Assembly: GCF_022045235.1 (NCBI RefSeq)
Contig: NW_027266267.1
Location: forward strand, 33,356,001 to 33,420,000
DNA length: 64,000 bases
Reading direction: 5' to 3'
From: Haliotis cracherodii
Lineage: Eukaryota
How positions within the stretch are numbered: the first letter of the stretch is position 1; each line of letters starts with the position of its first letter. The notes beneath the pieces were generated by a model. The model was not told the origin of the DNA, did no database searches, and saw only the letters and a list, made by a program, of their open reading frames with translations. Positions 26,252 to 39,094 of the stretch are shown one piece after another. A program made the position numbers and the translations under genes.

Positions 26252-26811
26252 CCTTGTCACCCTGACTACACGTATGATCAATTTCAACAGTGTCAGATCT
26301 TTTCAAACTTGGCTTAAACAGATGACCCAGACCCCTTATGACATGGCCATGTCTGGCTATTTCTATCATGGTCGAGGTGATGGTGTTATCTGTTAGTGCT
26401 GCGGAATGAAACTCTGCCAATGGGAAGCTACAGATTGGTTGATTGGTTGGTTTGTTGTTTTACGCCGCGCTCAGCAATATTCCAGCTTTATGATGGCGGT
26501 CTGTCAATAATCGAGTCTGGACCAGACAATCCAGTGATTAATATCATGAGCATCGATCCACGCAATTGGGATCGATGACATGCATCAACCAAGTCAGCGA
26601 GCCTGGCCACCCGATCCCGTTAGTTGCCTTTTACGACAAGCAGAGTCTCATTTTACAGCAAACACGGGTTGCTGAAGACCAAATCTACCCCGGAATCTTC
26701 ACGGGTCTGGGAAGCTACAGACAAACATTGGAAAGAACATCTAAAGCACACTAAACTCCCCTGTGACTACTTGTGCTTGTGTTGTTTTCTTTTATTGAAA
26801 TGTACAAAATG
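26252..26811 (+). pseudogene. BIR-domain (IAP-like) pseudogene split by a SINE
   Basis: After removing the SINE and one TSD: PCHPDY/(frameshift)/RSFQTWLKQMTQTPYDMAMSGYFYHGRGDGVIC*CCGMKLCQWEATDKHWKEHLKHTKLPC. This has exact BIR spacing C-x2-C-x16-H-x7-C, with one in-frame TAG. Confidence 0.85.
26435..26707 (-). mobile_element. SINE family 1, inserted in the BIR pseudogene
   Basis: 14-bp TSD tgggaagctacaga at 26421-26434 and 26708-26721. Confidence 0.93.
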
Positions 26812-28453
26812 ACCTTTTGGGAGAGATGGTTGGTCCTGAAAAGGATGGTTGCGTCGTGAGAGTATCTCAAACAACACGACACAAGCACTAATGGGTTGCC
26901 ATCTTTCATCGGTTGGAACCCTTACTGCCGCGTGTTAAAGGCCGCTCGTACGTGTCCTTCAGGTTGCAGTGGCAACACACACTGGAATGTCCCATCATTA
27001 GCATCAGTACCATTTGCATACGCAGGCAGGTAGCTTTTGCACACTATACATTGACAGCAGGTGATGGAGATGATACCTGAACAGAAACGAACTCAGGTCC
27101 CTGTTTTCCAAGTTATTGTCTTGGAATACAGTAACGCCCCTCGGCCCCTCATTATGTACTAGGGCTCGACCAATCAGAAACTCCCCAAAGCAAAGACAAG
27201 GCATAATGTCAGACCCGCACTACACATTACGCCATTGCGTTCTATATAAGCTCATCTGTCTGTCGCTATCTATCGAGATGGTAAGCAAAAACATTGAAGC
27301 TAGTTAAAATGGTAATATGTGGCATGTAACGTGATAAAATAGTTAAAAATGGAAGTCAGAACGCTCAACCAATCTCCAAGACAGCAAACTTACCTAAGAG
27401 GCTGTGTCAGGAAACAATGTTCAAGATGTAGTCCTTCCCTTAGAAAGGTGTTGCACAGCCTCCTTCCTCTCCCTCTCTCTCTCCCTCCCTCACTCTCTCT
27501 ATCGCTCTTCCACGAATGCGCCCCAAACCGATCCTGTCGTTTATTCCAGCATGCACCGGAACCAGAAGTGCCATCATCTTGCAAACAGACCCCAGAGTGA
27601 CCTGGTACACTATTCCTATTCTAGCTGCTACAGATAATATCATTTTCTGATTAAACTGCCGAAAGACTCTCGACAGAAGTATGTAATATAGTTTGACAGA
27701 GGCATTGATGATAATGATGTTCATGGGTGAAGTTTAGTGTGAAAGATAATAGCTTACAAGTTGCTAGCATGCCACGAATGTATACGTTGTACGTGTGATT
27801 TGACAAGGGTGGATTATATACAGCTGTTCATGTAGATACAGAAAAAAGGTATTTTCAGCTTTAATTTGTTTGCCTCACTATCTGACCAGCGCAATGAGAG
27901 ATACCGGTTCTGGGCTATGTCCCATGTGCTTACTCGATTTTGGCCTTTGGCTGGTTTAAGATACTGGAAACATGGTCCGTTAATTGTTATTTTCCCATAG
28001 TTTACAACTTCCAGTCCTAAGCTTGTGGCTTGTAGCGTAATAAGATATCTGTAAAACTGTGCTCATTTTCCACATATCAATAATATGACTAAAATACACC
28101 ATGCGAATACAAGTACTTTTGTGGAAAATGAATTTACACTTCCTGTTGACTAGGTGTAGATTTGCATATGTTCTCACGTGTGTCATTGCGTTAATATGGA
28201 CTATTCACATACCTGTTTAATTTTACATATCCATGTACATTTACGTATACGTGTAATTTGGTGAACATCGTCTTTGGCATCCAGCTGCACATTGCGGTAC
28301 CTTCGACGACTGCTCCCATGTATTTGTACTATTGATCACGATAAATACCTGTAAACCAACACACCTGGAGATATATTTCATACAAAACAGTCTTTCTTGA
28401 AACCTTACACTGTATTTATGTTCTAACGGAAATAATTGTTTGTGTTTACAAAG

Positions 28454-28702
28454 TTTGTTTGCTTGTTTGTTTGTTGTTTAACACAGCACCTAGCAATATT
28501 CCAGCTATATGACGGCGGTCTGGAAATAATCGAGTCTGGACAAAACAATCCGGTGATCGTATTCATGAGCATCGATCTGCATCAACCAAGTCAGCGAGTC
28601 TGGCCACCCGATCCCGTTAGTCGCCTTTTACGACAATCATAGTCGCCTTTTACGGCAAGCATGGGTTGCTGAAGACCTATTCTACCCCGGATCTTCACGG
28701 GT
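28454..28702 (-). mobile_element. SINE family 1
   Basis: Similarity to the other copies; imperfect TSD tgttt(a/t)caaagt. Confidence 0.9.
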
Positions 28703-29227
28703 ATGTTTTCAAAGTACACATATAGGACTATCTAATGCCATTTTGTAACCGCTCATAGGCAATAGTTATTTGGCCACCATTTCAATTACATATTCTTTTT
28801 CTTTGCATCATATAACTCAGTTATTGCCACTTGCGTCTAGATAAGCATACATTAATGGTTGCGTACGTTCTACATCACTCGGGAGGCACGCAAGGTTCAC
28901 TCGTCTGAGGCACCGCAATTAGCTGTACAGACTTACGTCCCTTGGACACGCCATTAACCTATGATTGTGGATTCGAATCCCATTTTGTCCCAAGATTATG
29001 TTTCTATGTTTGTCGGCACCATACCCGTGCTCGTTGGTTTCACAAAAGTCAACTTCGTTCAGATGATTTCATTTCAAACGGTTTCTAATTCAGAAATCAG
29101 GTACATAACAAATGTACTATAAGCAGCCTGAAATCAGAGAACGCAGTGACCTCCAACCGTGTTAGTTGTGTGCCGAAAACTGTTCTCGCCAACTGGCGTT
29201 TTTCCTCACTGTTTTATTTCCCATACT

Positions 29228-29482
29228 GGGGGCACGGGTGGCCCAGTCGTCAAAGGCGCCGCGATTCGCTGTGCAGAGTTACGTCCCTTTGGCACACAAG
29301 AAACCTCTGATTGTGGGTTTGAATCCCGGTTCGCCCAGATTATGTTTCTTGGTTTGTCAGCACCATACCCGTGCTCGTGGGTTTCGCCGAAGTGGTAAAC
29401 GTCTGAGACCTGCATCACTTGCAATCTGACACGCCGCGATATAACTGGAATACTGTGAAAAGCGGCGTTGAACCAAATCACT
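29228..29482 (+). mobile_element. SINE family 3
   Basis: Aligns with 38816-39091. More diverged or partial relatives at ~28880-29050 (+) and ~21870-21990 (-). Confidence 0.85.
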
Positions 29483-30059
29483 GTCCCTTGTCTCTCGCTT
29501 CAGAAAAGCAATCTATTAAGGGTAATTGTCTGCTACCTGCGCTTCCCGTTTGACACACTCTGACTACAGCTGGATACATACACAGATACATCCATATACA
29601 TTCGATATTGTGGTTTACATCTACAATTATATTCAACGCGCATCAAAAAAAATTCTATTAATTATAAAAATATAACCAAACAAACAAAACCACACTCGCA
29701 CCACTTCACTCTAGATAAAAGACAAAGAGGGTTTTATTGCTTTGCATGTTATCTTCCTCCTTACAACCAGAACAATGTGATCAGCAGTCTGTAACTGACG
29801 TCTCCTTTACATTTAAACACACACGTTGATGTAAATGAATTATATATATTCAAGCCCACATTGGAAATAAGTTGTATTTTGGGTGATATGACACTCACTT
29901 GATGTAAATAAATAATACGTTGGAAACACAGATTTCCACAAAACGATCCAACCCTGGTGTTAAATTTCTGTTCATTGTATATCTTATCGAGTCAGGAGTT
30001 CTGTAATGAGTAGATTTGTGAACTGTTGGCGTCAATTGTTTAACGCCTCCGTTCAAGCC

Positions 30060-30780
30060 TTATCATGCGGAAGCCTTGTAGGGCCACTTTAAAAAAAAAA
30101 TTGTATACGAGTTTTAAGGGGTCTGGTGAAATGTCAAGATGCAAACGTTAAAATATGACAATGTCAACTTGTTATCTTGATATTTTAACTTAGTATGTGT
30201 CTTGAAATTTCAACATAGCATCTTAAAATTTTCAAAATTTTCAACAAGTTTAGCCGTTTCAATTTTGAATTGAAGAGCCTGTCGTCTGCCCACTGGAGCA
30301 GTTTCTGTGTCAGCCTCTGTCTGTTCAGACTGTTGCATCTTGTATAGAAACGCATCTGGATTCCCCACAATCTCACTTCCGGGGATGTCCACACCATATT
30401 TCCCTTGTACAGCTGCATTTTGAGCGTGTATCTTCACAGCCATAAACAGCTTCATGGCCCGATTTTACACTGTGCTTACCAGTGCTACGTTGCTGTTCCC
30501 CATATCACTGATCCATATTCGATAGCTGACCACACGAGAGAGACATACAGCTTGGTGATGGTCTTATACCTCATGCCGCAATAGGACCTGAAGTTAGAGA
30601 CAAGTAGTCTCAGTTTTCCACTGGCTTGGCCATCCTGGCATAATCTTGATGTTCTGCTATTAGGAGTTCTAGATAACAATAACTATCCACCACATCTAAA
30701 GTCATTTCCCCACATCTGAAAACACAGTCAGTTTCAGTAGTTGACATATTTCTACAATGCATCGCCTTTGATGGGCTGCA
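30060..30780 (-). mobile_element. Degenerate CR1/L2-group LINE RT C-terminal relic
   Basis: CGEMTLDVVDSYCYLELL and TKLYVSLVWSAIEYGSVIWG. Confidence 0.65.
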
Positions 30781-31590
30781 ACCCCCACTCCAGCAAGCAA
30801 TCCTCCAAAGGAGTAATCTATAGCACAAATAGTGAATGTTGTGACTCGTACATTGGTGAAACCTTCCGCCCGGTGGATAATAGGTCTTCAGCAACCTATG
30901 CTTGCCGTAACAGACGACTATGCTTCTCGTAAAAGGCGACTAAGGGGATCGGGTGTTCAGGCTCGCTGACTTGGTTGATGCAAGTTATTGATCCTAATTG
31001 CGTGGATCGATGTTCATGACGTCATGAATTGTCTGGTTCAGACTCGATTATTTACAGACCGCTGGAAGTCTTTAGCTGAAAGATTGCTGAGTGCGGTGAA
31101 AAACACCAAACCAACCAACCAAACCAAATCAAAGAACATACGACTTCAACAACCACAGCAGTCAGCAAATCAGCTAACAGAAATTCGCCACCACAAACAT
31201 TTGATGCACAGAAATGAAGGGTCTTACATCTCGTCTGTATATGAAGGTCTAAACAAACAATAGACTAATATAGTGATTAGGATCAAATCAGCTTGTGACA
31301 ATTGTTTAATCGTTTATAATTCTTTTAAACCGTATCGTTACTGTACATTTAGCTTGTTTACTGTGTCTTTCAATGTCGGTATGTTATTTGTTATTCGTAC
31401 TGAGTGTACATTTTGCTTCATCAAATTATCTTGTTAACTATTACCTGGTGTTGTCAAAGTTTGATATGCTGCTTATCACAACATATACTCTCATCATTTA
31501 GTTGTTATCACTCCAGCTTGATAACGGATGAAAGACGCCGCAATAAACTAGAAGTTGTTATCCATAACGTTGTTCGTTTCCTTACGTCTT
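30780..31590 (+). mobile_element. Penelope-like GIY-YIG remnant interrupted by a SINE
   Basis: KGVIYSTNSECCDSYIGETFRPVDNR [SINE 30878-31127] IKEH; degenerate terminal motif at ~31515-31580. Confidence 0.7.
30878..31127 (+). mobile_element. SINE family 1, slightly 5'-truncated, inside the Penelope remnant
   Basis: Similarity to the other copies. Confidence 0.85.
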
Positions 31591-32589
31591 GTCATCATCA
31601 GTGTACATTGGAACACCCAACGTTACAGAAATGTTACTCTGCAACCAGGACTTTCTCAACAACAATAATCCGTGCTACCCTGGCCGTCACGCTCACCCCA
31701 GCTCTTACAGATAGAATATCTCTGGGATCATCGTGTACAACAGACAAGACAACGTCCAAACCTGACGAACACCTTGTAGCAGCTAGAAAGTTCCCTATTG
31801 GAGGAGTGGGTTCGGACACCAAGTGACGTCACATCAGGAAATCACACCAGATATTGAGGCTATTACAGAGGTGCCATAGAAACGTTCATAAGTCTTGTTA
31901 TCAGACCTTCATGATATGCTTGTTGTGTGAAATGTGACCGTCATGACCCCAGATGTATTTGAATACTTTTCGGTGATTCATCCCAAATGTCATGAATCTT
32001 TCTTTTGGCTTGTACCATTAACGATAGAACTTCACAATATAATTTAAACGAAATATGCGCGTTTTCTCGTGCCCTTTCTATAGGCAGTCCAAGTCGATTC
32101 TCATTCTACGCTATTTCTGCCTTTAGCGATATATTCATTTCTGGGTCTTTATTCTTACTTACGATTTTTCACCATTCAATCATCACCGCTGTTTGCCTTT
32201 TACACCAGATGGAATCTGTTTAGCAGATAATAGAGACGTATTTTTCTTTGGCGCTGACATGTTATACTTACCAAAATATTAAACCTTTAAAGGTAAATAC
32301 ATAAACATTGAAGACACTCCATCTTGTAGATTCCAGGTTAAAGTTGGTCCCCAGCAGGGAAATGAATCAGATTGTCAGTCTCGGTGACTTGGTTGATCGT
32401 GTGTCAAAGTACCCAGAAGGCGAGGATCGTTGGTCACAGTATCGATCGTTTTTAACAAGCTTGTAATAAGTAACATAGCTCTTATGGGTTTCCATATATT
32501 GCTATTAAATTATGAGGCATCTATTGCCGTAGTGTATCATGTATCATTCAACCTAAGTTCGGTTCCACTGATGTGTGCTGGCGGTCGAC

Positions 32590-32764
32590 ATGGAGAGGTT
32601 TAGACAACTGCAGTTCATACTTTGGATCACATACGCTGTGTATGAAGGAAGTAGCTTGCTCAGTGATGTTGCCTGTCTCCAACTGCAGCAGCTGGACAGC
32701 ACCTGTTACCAGCCAAGTGTACACCCGTGTCCACGTTATCACACAACACGTCTCAGACTGAACG
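32590..32764 (+). CDS. Gene 2 putative exon 1: signal peptide and N-terminus of a secreted WSC-domain protein
   Basis: gacATGg Kozak-like context. Reads MERFRQLQFILWITYAVYEGSSLLSDVACLQ...CYQPSVHPCPRYHTTRLRLN. Canonical phase-1 donor G|gtgagt. Linkage to the downstream exons is inferred from strand and phase. Confidence 0.6.
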
Positions 32765-32929
32765 GTGAGTCTTGTGTGGGGTTTACAATTGTGGGTGTAA
32801 AATGAAACACGTGTTTACGATGATACAAGAAGTTAAATGAACACTGACAGGAAAAGGTTACAGGTAAAGACTGTTATAATGAAACATAGAGTGATGGGAA
32901 CAAGACCACACGCAAAAACGGGTAGAATG

Positions 32930-34885
32930 GAACACACAGACACGAGTTGAAGGACACACAGAGTTACGAACAGAAAGACACACAGGGTGTTGGGTGGAAG
33001 GACATAGACAGTGACGGGGAGAAGGACACACAGTGACGGGTAGAAGGACACACACAGTGACGGGCAGAAGGACACACACAGTGACGGGGAGAAGGACACA
33101 CACAGTGACGGCAGAAGGACACACAGTGACGGGTAGAAGGACACACACAGTGACGGGTAGAAGGACACACACAGTGACGGGCAGAAGGACACACAGTGAC
33201 GGGTAGAAGGACACACAGTGACGGGTAGAAGGACACAAACAATGTTACGAACAGAAAGACAGACATGGTGACGGGTAGGACACACAAAGTGACGGGTTGA
33301 AATACACACAGTGACTGGTTAAAGGACACACACAGCGTCGGGTTGAATTACGCACACAGTGATGGGTAGACGGACACACACAGTGACGGTTTGAAGGACA
33401 CACACAGTGACGGGCAGAAGGACACACACAGTGGTAGGTAGAAGGACAGACACAGTGACTAGTTGAACGACACACAAAGTGATGGGTAGAAGGACACACA
33501 CAATGACGGGTTGAAGGACACACACAGTGACGGGGAGAAGGACACACCCAGTGAATGGTTGAAGGACACATACAGTGACGGGTTGAAGGACACACACAGT
33601 GATAGGTACAAGGGCACACCCAGTGAATGGTTGAAGGACACACACAGTGAATGGTTGAAGGACACATACAGTGACGGGTTGAAGGACACACACAGTGATA
33701 GGTAGAAGGGCACACCCAGTGAATGGTTGAAGGACACATACAGTGACGGGTTGGAGGACACATACAGTGACGGGTTGAAGGACACACATAGTGATAGGTA
33801 GAAGGACACACCCAGTGAATGGTTGAAGGACACATACAGTGACGGGTTGAAGGACACATACAGTGACGGGTTGAAGGACACACATAGTGATAGGTAGAAG
33901 GACACACCCAGTGAATGGTTGAAGGACACATACAGTGACGGGTTGAAGGACACACACAGTGATAGGTAGAAGGGCACACCCAGTGAATGGTTGAAGGACA
34001 CACACAGTGAATGGTTGAAGGACACATACAGTGACGGGTTGAAGGACACACACAGTGATAGGTACAAGGGCACACCCAGTGAATGGTTGAAGGACACACA
34101 CAGTGAATGGTTGAAGGACACATACAGTGACGGGTTGAAGGACACACAGTGATAGGTAGAAGGACACACCCAGTGACGGGTTGAAGGACACACACAGTGA
34201 TGGGTAGAAGGACACACCCAGTGCATGGTTGAAGGACACACAGAGTGATAGGTAGAAGGACAGACACAGTGACGGGTTAAAGGACACACAAAGTGACGGG
34301 TTGAAGGACACACACATCAACGGGTTAAAGGACACACACAGTGACGGGTTGAAGGACATACAGTGATAGGTAGAAGGACACACCCAGTGAATGGTTGAAG
34401 GACAAATACAGTGACTGGTTAAAGGACACACACAGCGTAGGGTTAAATTACGCAAACAGTGATGGGTAGACGGACACACACAGTGACGGTTTGAAGGACA
34501 CACACAGTGGCGGTTTGAAGGACACACACAGCGTCGGGTAGAAGGACAGACACAGTGACTGGTTGAAGGACACACAAAGTGACGGGTAGAAGGACACACA
34601 CAATGACGGGTAGACGGACACACCCAGTGAATGGTTAAAGGACACACACAGTGACGGGTCGAAGGTCACATACAGCGTCGGGTTGAATTACACACATACA
34701 GTGACTGTTTGAATGATACTCACAGCGTCGGGTAGAAGGACACACACAGCGTCAGGTTGAATTACGCACACACAGTGACTGGTTGAATGATACTCACAGC
34801 GTCGGGTAGAAGGACACACACAGCGTCAGGTTGAATTACGCACACACAGTGACTGGTTGAATGATACTCACAGCGTCGGGTAGAA
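32930..34885. repeat. ~24-bp minisatellite (CACACAGTGACGGGTTGAAGGACA)n in gene 2 intron 1, ending at a poly-G run (34886-34904)
   Basis: Read directly. Lines at 33541 and 33901 are identical (360-bp offset). Confidence 0.95.
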
Positions 34886-36111
34886 GGGGGGGGGGGGGGG
34901 GGGGTTGTGCGGCTAAAAGCCACCCTTTACATCATAATATTATAATTATTAAACTCCTCATGATCAAAAGATATCGCTATTCATGCCAAAACTTCGTTCT
35001 TTGTGGAGGCAATGAAAAAAGGGTGTCCATATACAAAACAAACATAAAAGCTGGACCAGTTCTAGGTTAATGTTTTATATATTATAGGAATATATTTGTT
35101 GGTCAGTAAAGAGTAGCGTAATTAATAACAGATAATCTAATAACAAAGGGCAAATTAACGTAGCAAATGTGCGGATTTTCCTACTTTAGGGCATCCTTGA
35201 TCCCAAATGATTGGCCAAAATAAAATTTGAAAATCGGAAATAGCATGAAAAGACGATGCAAAATGACATGAAAAATCGTCCTCAGAACGAAACTTGCCTG
35301 CAGTAGGGGGAATCCCCTTACTAGAGGTTAAAACGTGCTCCCGATGCGTGACGCGTTGGGCAATTTCAACGGCTGTGACGGTCGGGCCGACGCCCAGTCT
35401 GTCTGCTTCGGCCTCGGACTGTTTAATCCATGATTGTCTATTTCTGTCTGGTTATCCATTGATCACCGTGCCCACAACTTATGTGACCTAAGCAACAACA
35501 TCGAAAATGTCTTCAATTGTTTACACAGGGCATAATTCCCCGATAGGCATTTATTGTGTGGAATAGGGTCGAGGGTACCTGGTGTTCTATAACCCAAACC
35601 TGATGTCAGTAATTAAAAGCTACTTACCTATTGCTAATTGTTATTTTAATAATTCACAATTAAAGATCAAAGGTCGTTTCACCCATTGAACAATGTATGC
35701 AATGAATGTTGTTATTTTTGTAGAATTTACAAAAATAGCAGAAGCAGTGTATGTATAACGACTGAGAATCACAAGACAGAGGAACGCGGCAAACTTATCA
35801 ACCAATGAAAACACTTGTCACCGCTTCAGGCCACGCCTCCAAATCTGTCTTGGAAGCCGGTTATTGAGTGATTTGAGCACTTCCACGTGGAAATTTAAAT
35901 ACTTTCTACAAATAATATGATTTGTTTCTCCTTTTAGAAATTGACTAAATGTATCTAGGAAATATCTTGATATTTGCAACATTGTCGTTAATATTAGTGT
36001 AGATAGACAACTGAAAATAAATATAATTTTACATATAATCATAAAAGCAACGATGTCTTTGTGACGAAGCTAGTTTCGTAGGAATGTTTTGTTTCTCTTT
36101 TACGATTCAGG

Positions 36112-36250
36112 TGAGTTGAGGTGAAATGGGGTTGCACTTATATAGTATACCATACTTAAACGTCTTTTGGTATGACGCGGCCTGGGATCGAACCCCGGAC
36201 TTTCCGCTCTCCGGGTGGACGCTCTACCACTGGAAAACGGAGTCGGTCTT
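36112..36250 (-). mobile_element. Head fragment of another tRNA-derived SINE
   Basis: Minus strand reads cagtggtagagcgtcc...ggggttcgatcccaggccgcgtcataccaaaagacg. Confidence 0.65.
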
Positions 36251-36479
36251 CATGATTCAGGAGATGCATGTACAGTGTTTAAAGATTAGATAATGTTCGA
36301 CCCAATTGATAGTCTCTAAATTTCATTTGAAACCGAACGCACAGTACGTCTTTATTCCGCGGAAGACTGTGCCTAATCCGGCATGGCACGAGATGAGAGC
36401 TGAACTCGTCTGTGAAAGGGGTGATGGGTGTCTGTCGTTGTTTCTTTTTTACATTGTAACGTAAAAAAATATTCGTCAA

Positions 36480-36800
36480 AATAAAACAAACAACTAACTT
36501 GGGATTCCTTGGAAAATGTTTTCATCACTTGGGACAGAGGGTTGTGGCCAAGCGGTTTTAAAGTGAACCAACATGGATCACCAGCAGTGACAGTTTTGCG
36601 GAGAAGCTGGTAACGATGCAAGGGGGCACGAGGGAGAATGAGTGTCCTGAATTCAGGGTTTTGCCTGACCCTTATCTTGCAAGCCCCCTGGATGACTTGT
36701 GGTGGATTCCGAATGGGTCATTGTGATGAACTCTATCCCAACATCGTCTGATTCGACGACAAATGACGAAAAACTTTCAAACGTGCAATGTCATCGACAC
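36480..36800 (-). mobile_element. Crypton-like tyrosine recombinase (DUF3504-type) fragment
   Basis: GIEFITMTHSESTTSHPG and DPCWFTLKPLGHNPLSQVMKTFSKES. Confidence 0.5.
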
Positions 36801-36993
36801 AACACAGGAAAGCAATTAAATAATAATTGCACTTCATACAACTGGTTTACTGTCCTGCGAATACCGTTATAATGCTGCATCTGATGCTATTATATTGCAA
36901 CGTTATTTAATCATTTCCACTAATTACATAATGATATATGCTAGTAGTCTACACAAAATACACAATGGTAAATTTTGCCATGCTCCTTAACTA

Positions 36994-38167
36994 AACTGAC
37001 GGCCAAAAGAAAAGTTACCAACGATTTTCTAGGATAAAATATGACCAACACAATTTGAAGCAGCAATAACAATTGTATTGTAGAAATTCATCATTCAAAA
37101 CAGTAAAATGGGAATTTACTTATTCAACAACAAAGTCCTTGACCTCCAACAGTTACATTTCTTGACAAGGGGTCATTCGTCCAGTATTCGATCAACAACA
37201 TTGGTTACAACTTTTAGGTGACGACGGCCCAGACCGTTCAATACGGGATATGACCTCCATAAGCGGCAATGCATCTTCGAAAGCGGCGTCGAGCTGAGTA
37301 GACAAGCGTCCTCACATCGACTGCAGGTATCCACGCAGGGATTCCACGATCAACGCTTGTGTCGTGAAGGGAGGATGTTGACGTTTCCCAAGACGACGTC
37401 CCAGCTGGTCCCAGAGATCTTCTATGGGTGACATATCTGGTGATCGAGCTTGCCACGGCAGGACAGTCACGTTGTTGGCGTTGAGGAAGTCTATAGTAAT
37501 ACGGGTTTTATGGGGTGTGGCGTTATCTTGTTGGAACACCATCCGTTGTTGACGCTGGATGAAAGGAAGAACCACTGGCCGTAAGATATTGTCAATGTAG
37601 CGCTGTGCTCTCAGATTGCCTTCGATGCTGACAAGTTCCGTCTTCTCGTCCCCGAAAATGCTCCTCAGATGAAGTAAAAAGCGGTCATCCTGCGGGGTCG
37701 TGACCTTTGGTCTGAAACTCCGTGGTCTGTCTGCGGTTCTGCCAGTCTGTCGGAGACGTGCGACCAGTCTGGTAATGGTCGTCTTGGAGCAGTTCATGTT
37801 AATGGCAACTTCTCTCTGTGTCGCTCCCATCTGCAGCATACCTATGGCTCTCTCGATCTCCCTCTGGACAGCGGTCAGTCAGTCTTGTTATGTTCGTTGG
37901 TGTTACTCATCACAACCAATGATTGGGAACAGATCCGTGCGTAATTTATACCCGGAAATTGCACGATAATTTGGGAAAGAATGTTTAAAAAAATTGCTGA
38001 AAAACACCAAAATCTCCCCAAATCCGGAAAGCACGTGCAAAGAACGACAGAGAACATGGAGGCTGTATTCGTGAGATTTGTTCTTTACTGTTTTTGAACA
38101 GGTTGGCATCTTTGTTTCAATAGGCAAATCAGTTAATGTTGGTAACGTTTCTTTTGGCCCTCAGTTT
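36994..38167 (-). mobile_element. Tc1-family DNA transposon, internally deleted, both TIRs present
   Basis: ~28-bp TIRs aactgacggccaaaagaaaagttaccaac / gttggtaacgtttcttttggccctcagtt with TA flanks. ORF 37312-37839 has an HTH + RPKVTT fused to FQQDNA...WQARSPDMSPIEDLW; the segment carrying the first catalytic Asp is missing. Confidence 0.9.
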
Positions 38168-38384
38168 TATGAATGTCATTTGACTCTGATACACACACCA
38201 GATTGCAGACTTTGTCGGTATGCTACGTTGGTATAAGTACAGCCACGGTGGAAGAGCTATCACATCTTATGTAAATGAGATGATTAAATCTACTATTTAC
38301 ATGAATGCACTGACCAATGAAAACCGCGTTAAACGTGTTCTTCCGCCACCCATGCTTTCTGTAAGAGGCGACTGTGCTTGTCGT

Positions 38385-38800
38385 AAGGGTTTCTCCCTAA
38401 ATGCCGAAAAAACTACAGGGATAGTATTCAAACAAAGAAATATGCGTGAACAACCCCCAAACTAGAACTAAATAATAACCCAATAAACTTTCAAAAACAT
38501 TAAGTTAAGTTAATCTTTGATGAACACCTCACTTTAAAAACCTAATAAATAGATGCACTACAGACCTAAACACACTACGCGGCTTTACTGGCACCAACTG
38601 GGGAGCCACCAAAGATACCCCAATATCATTATACAAATCAATCATTAGATCCAAAATAGACTATAGTTGTCAAATTTACAACACGCTCAACTCAAATTAA
38701 ACAATAAACTAAACGGTATCCAATACCAAGCTCTAAGGTTAATCACACGAACACACACGCTTTTTCAAAATCAATTAATGTTAACAGGCCTTTCGTCTTA
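38385..38800 (+). mobile_element. Older degenerate RT fragment related to LINE family A
   Basis: GFSLNAEKTTGIVFK and WGATKDT...IRSKIDYSC are similar to 62650-63080. Confidence 0.75.
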
Positions 38801-38815
38801 ATCTTTTTGTTTCGA

Positions 38816-39091
38816 GTGATTGAGTTGGGTTTAACGCCGCTTTTATCAGTATGCCAGTTATATCACGGCGTGTCAGCTTTATGTGGGAGGAAAGCCCGAA
38901 GAGATGCAGGTCTCAGACGTTTACCACTTCGGTGAAACCCACGAGCACGGGTATGATGCTGACAAACCTAGAAACATAATTGGGGCGAACCGGGATTCGA
39001 ACCCACAATCATAGGTTTCTGGCGTGCCCAAGTGACGCAACTCTGCACAGCGAATCGCGGCGCCTTTGACGACTGGGCCACCCGTTCCCCA
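38816..39091 (-). mobile_element. SINE family 3 (tRNA-Leu-like head with widely spaced A/B boxes)
   Basis: Head ggggaacgggtggcccagtcgtcaaaggcgcc...gtgggttcgaatccc; 13-bp TSD ctttttgtttcga at 38803-38815 and 39092-39104. Confidence 0.88.
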
Positions 39092-39094
39092 CTT

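Noticed and set aside
32833-34669. Metallothionein- or keratin-associated-like CVCPSTRH ORFs
   Set aside because: A 24-bp minisatellite with frequent 2-bp slippage; all three minus frames are open.
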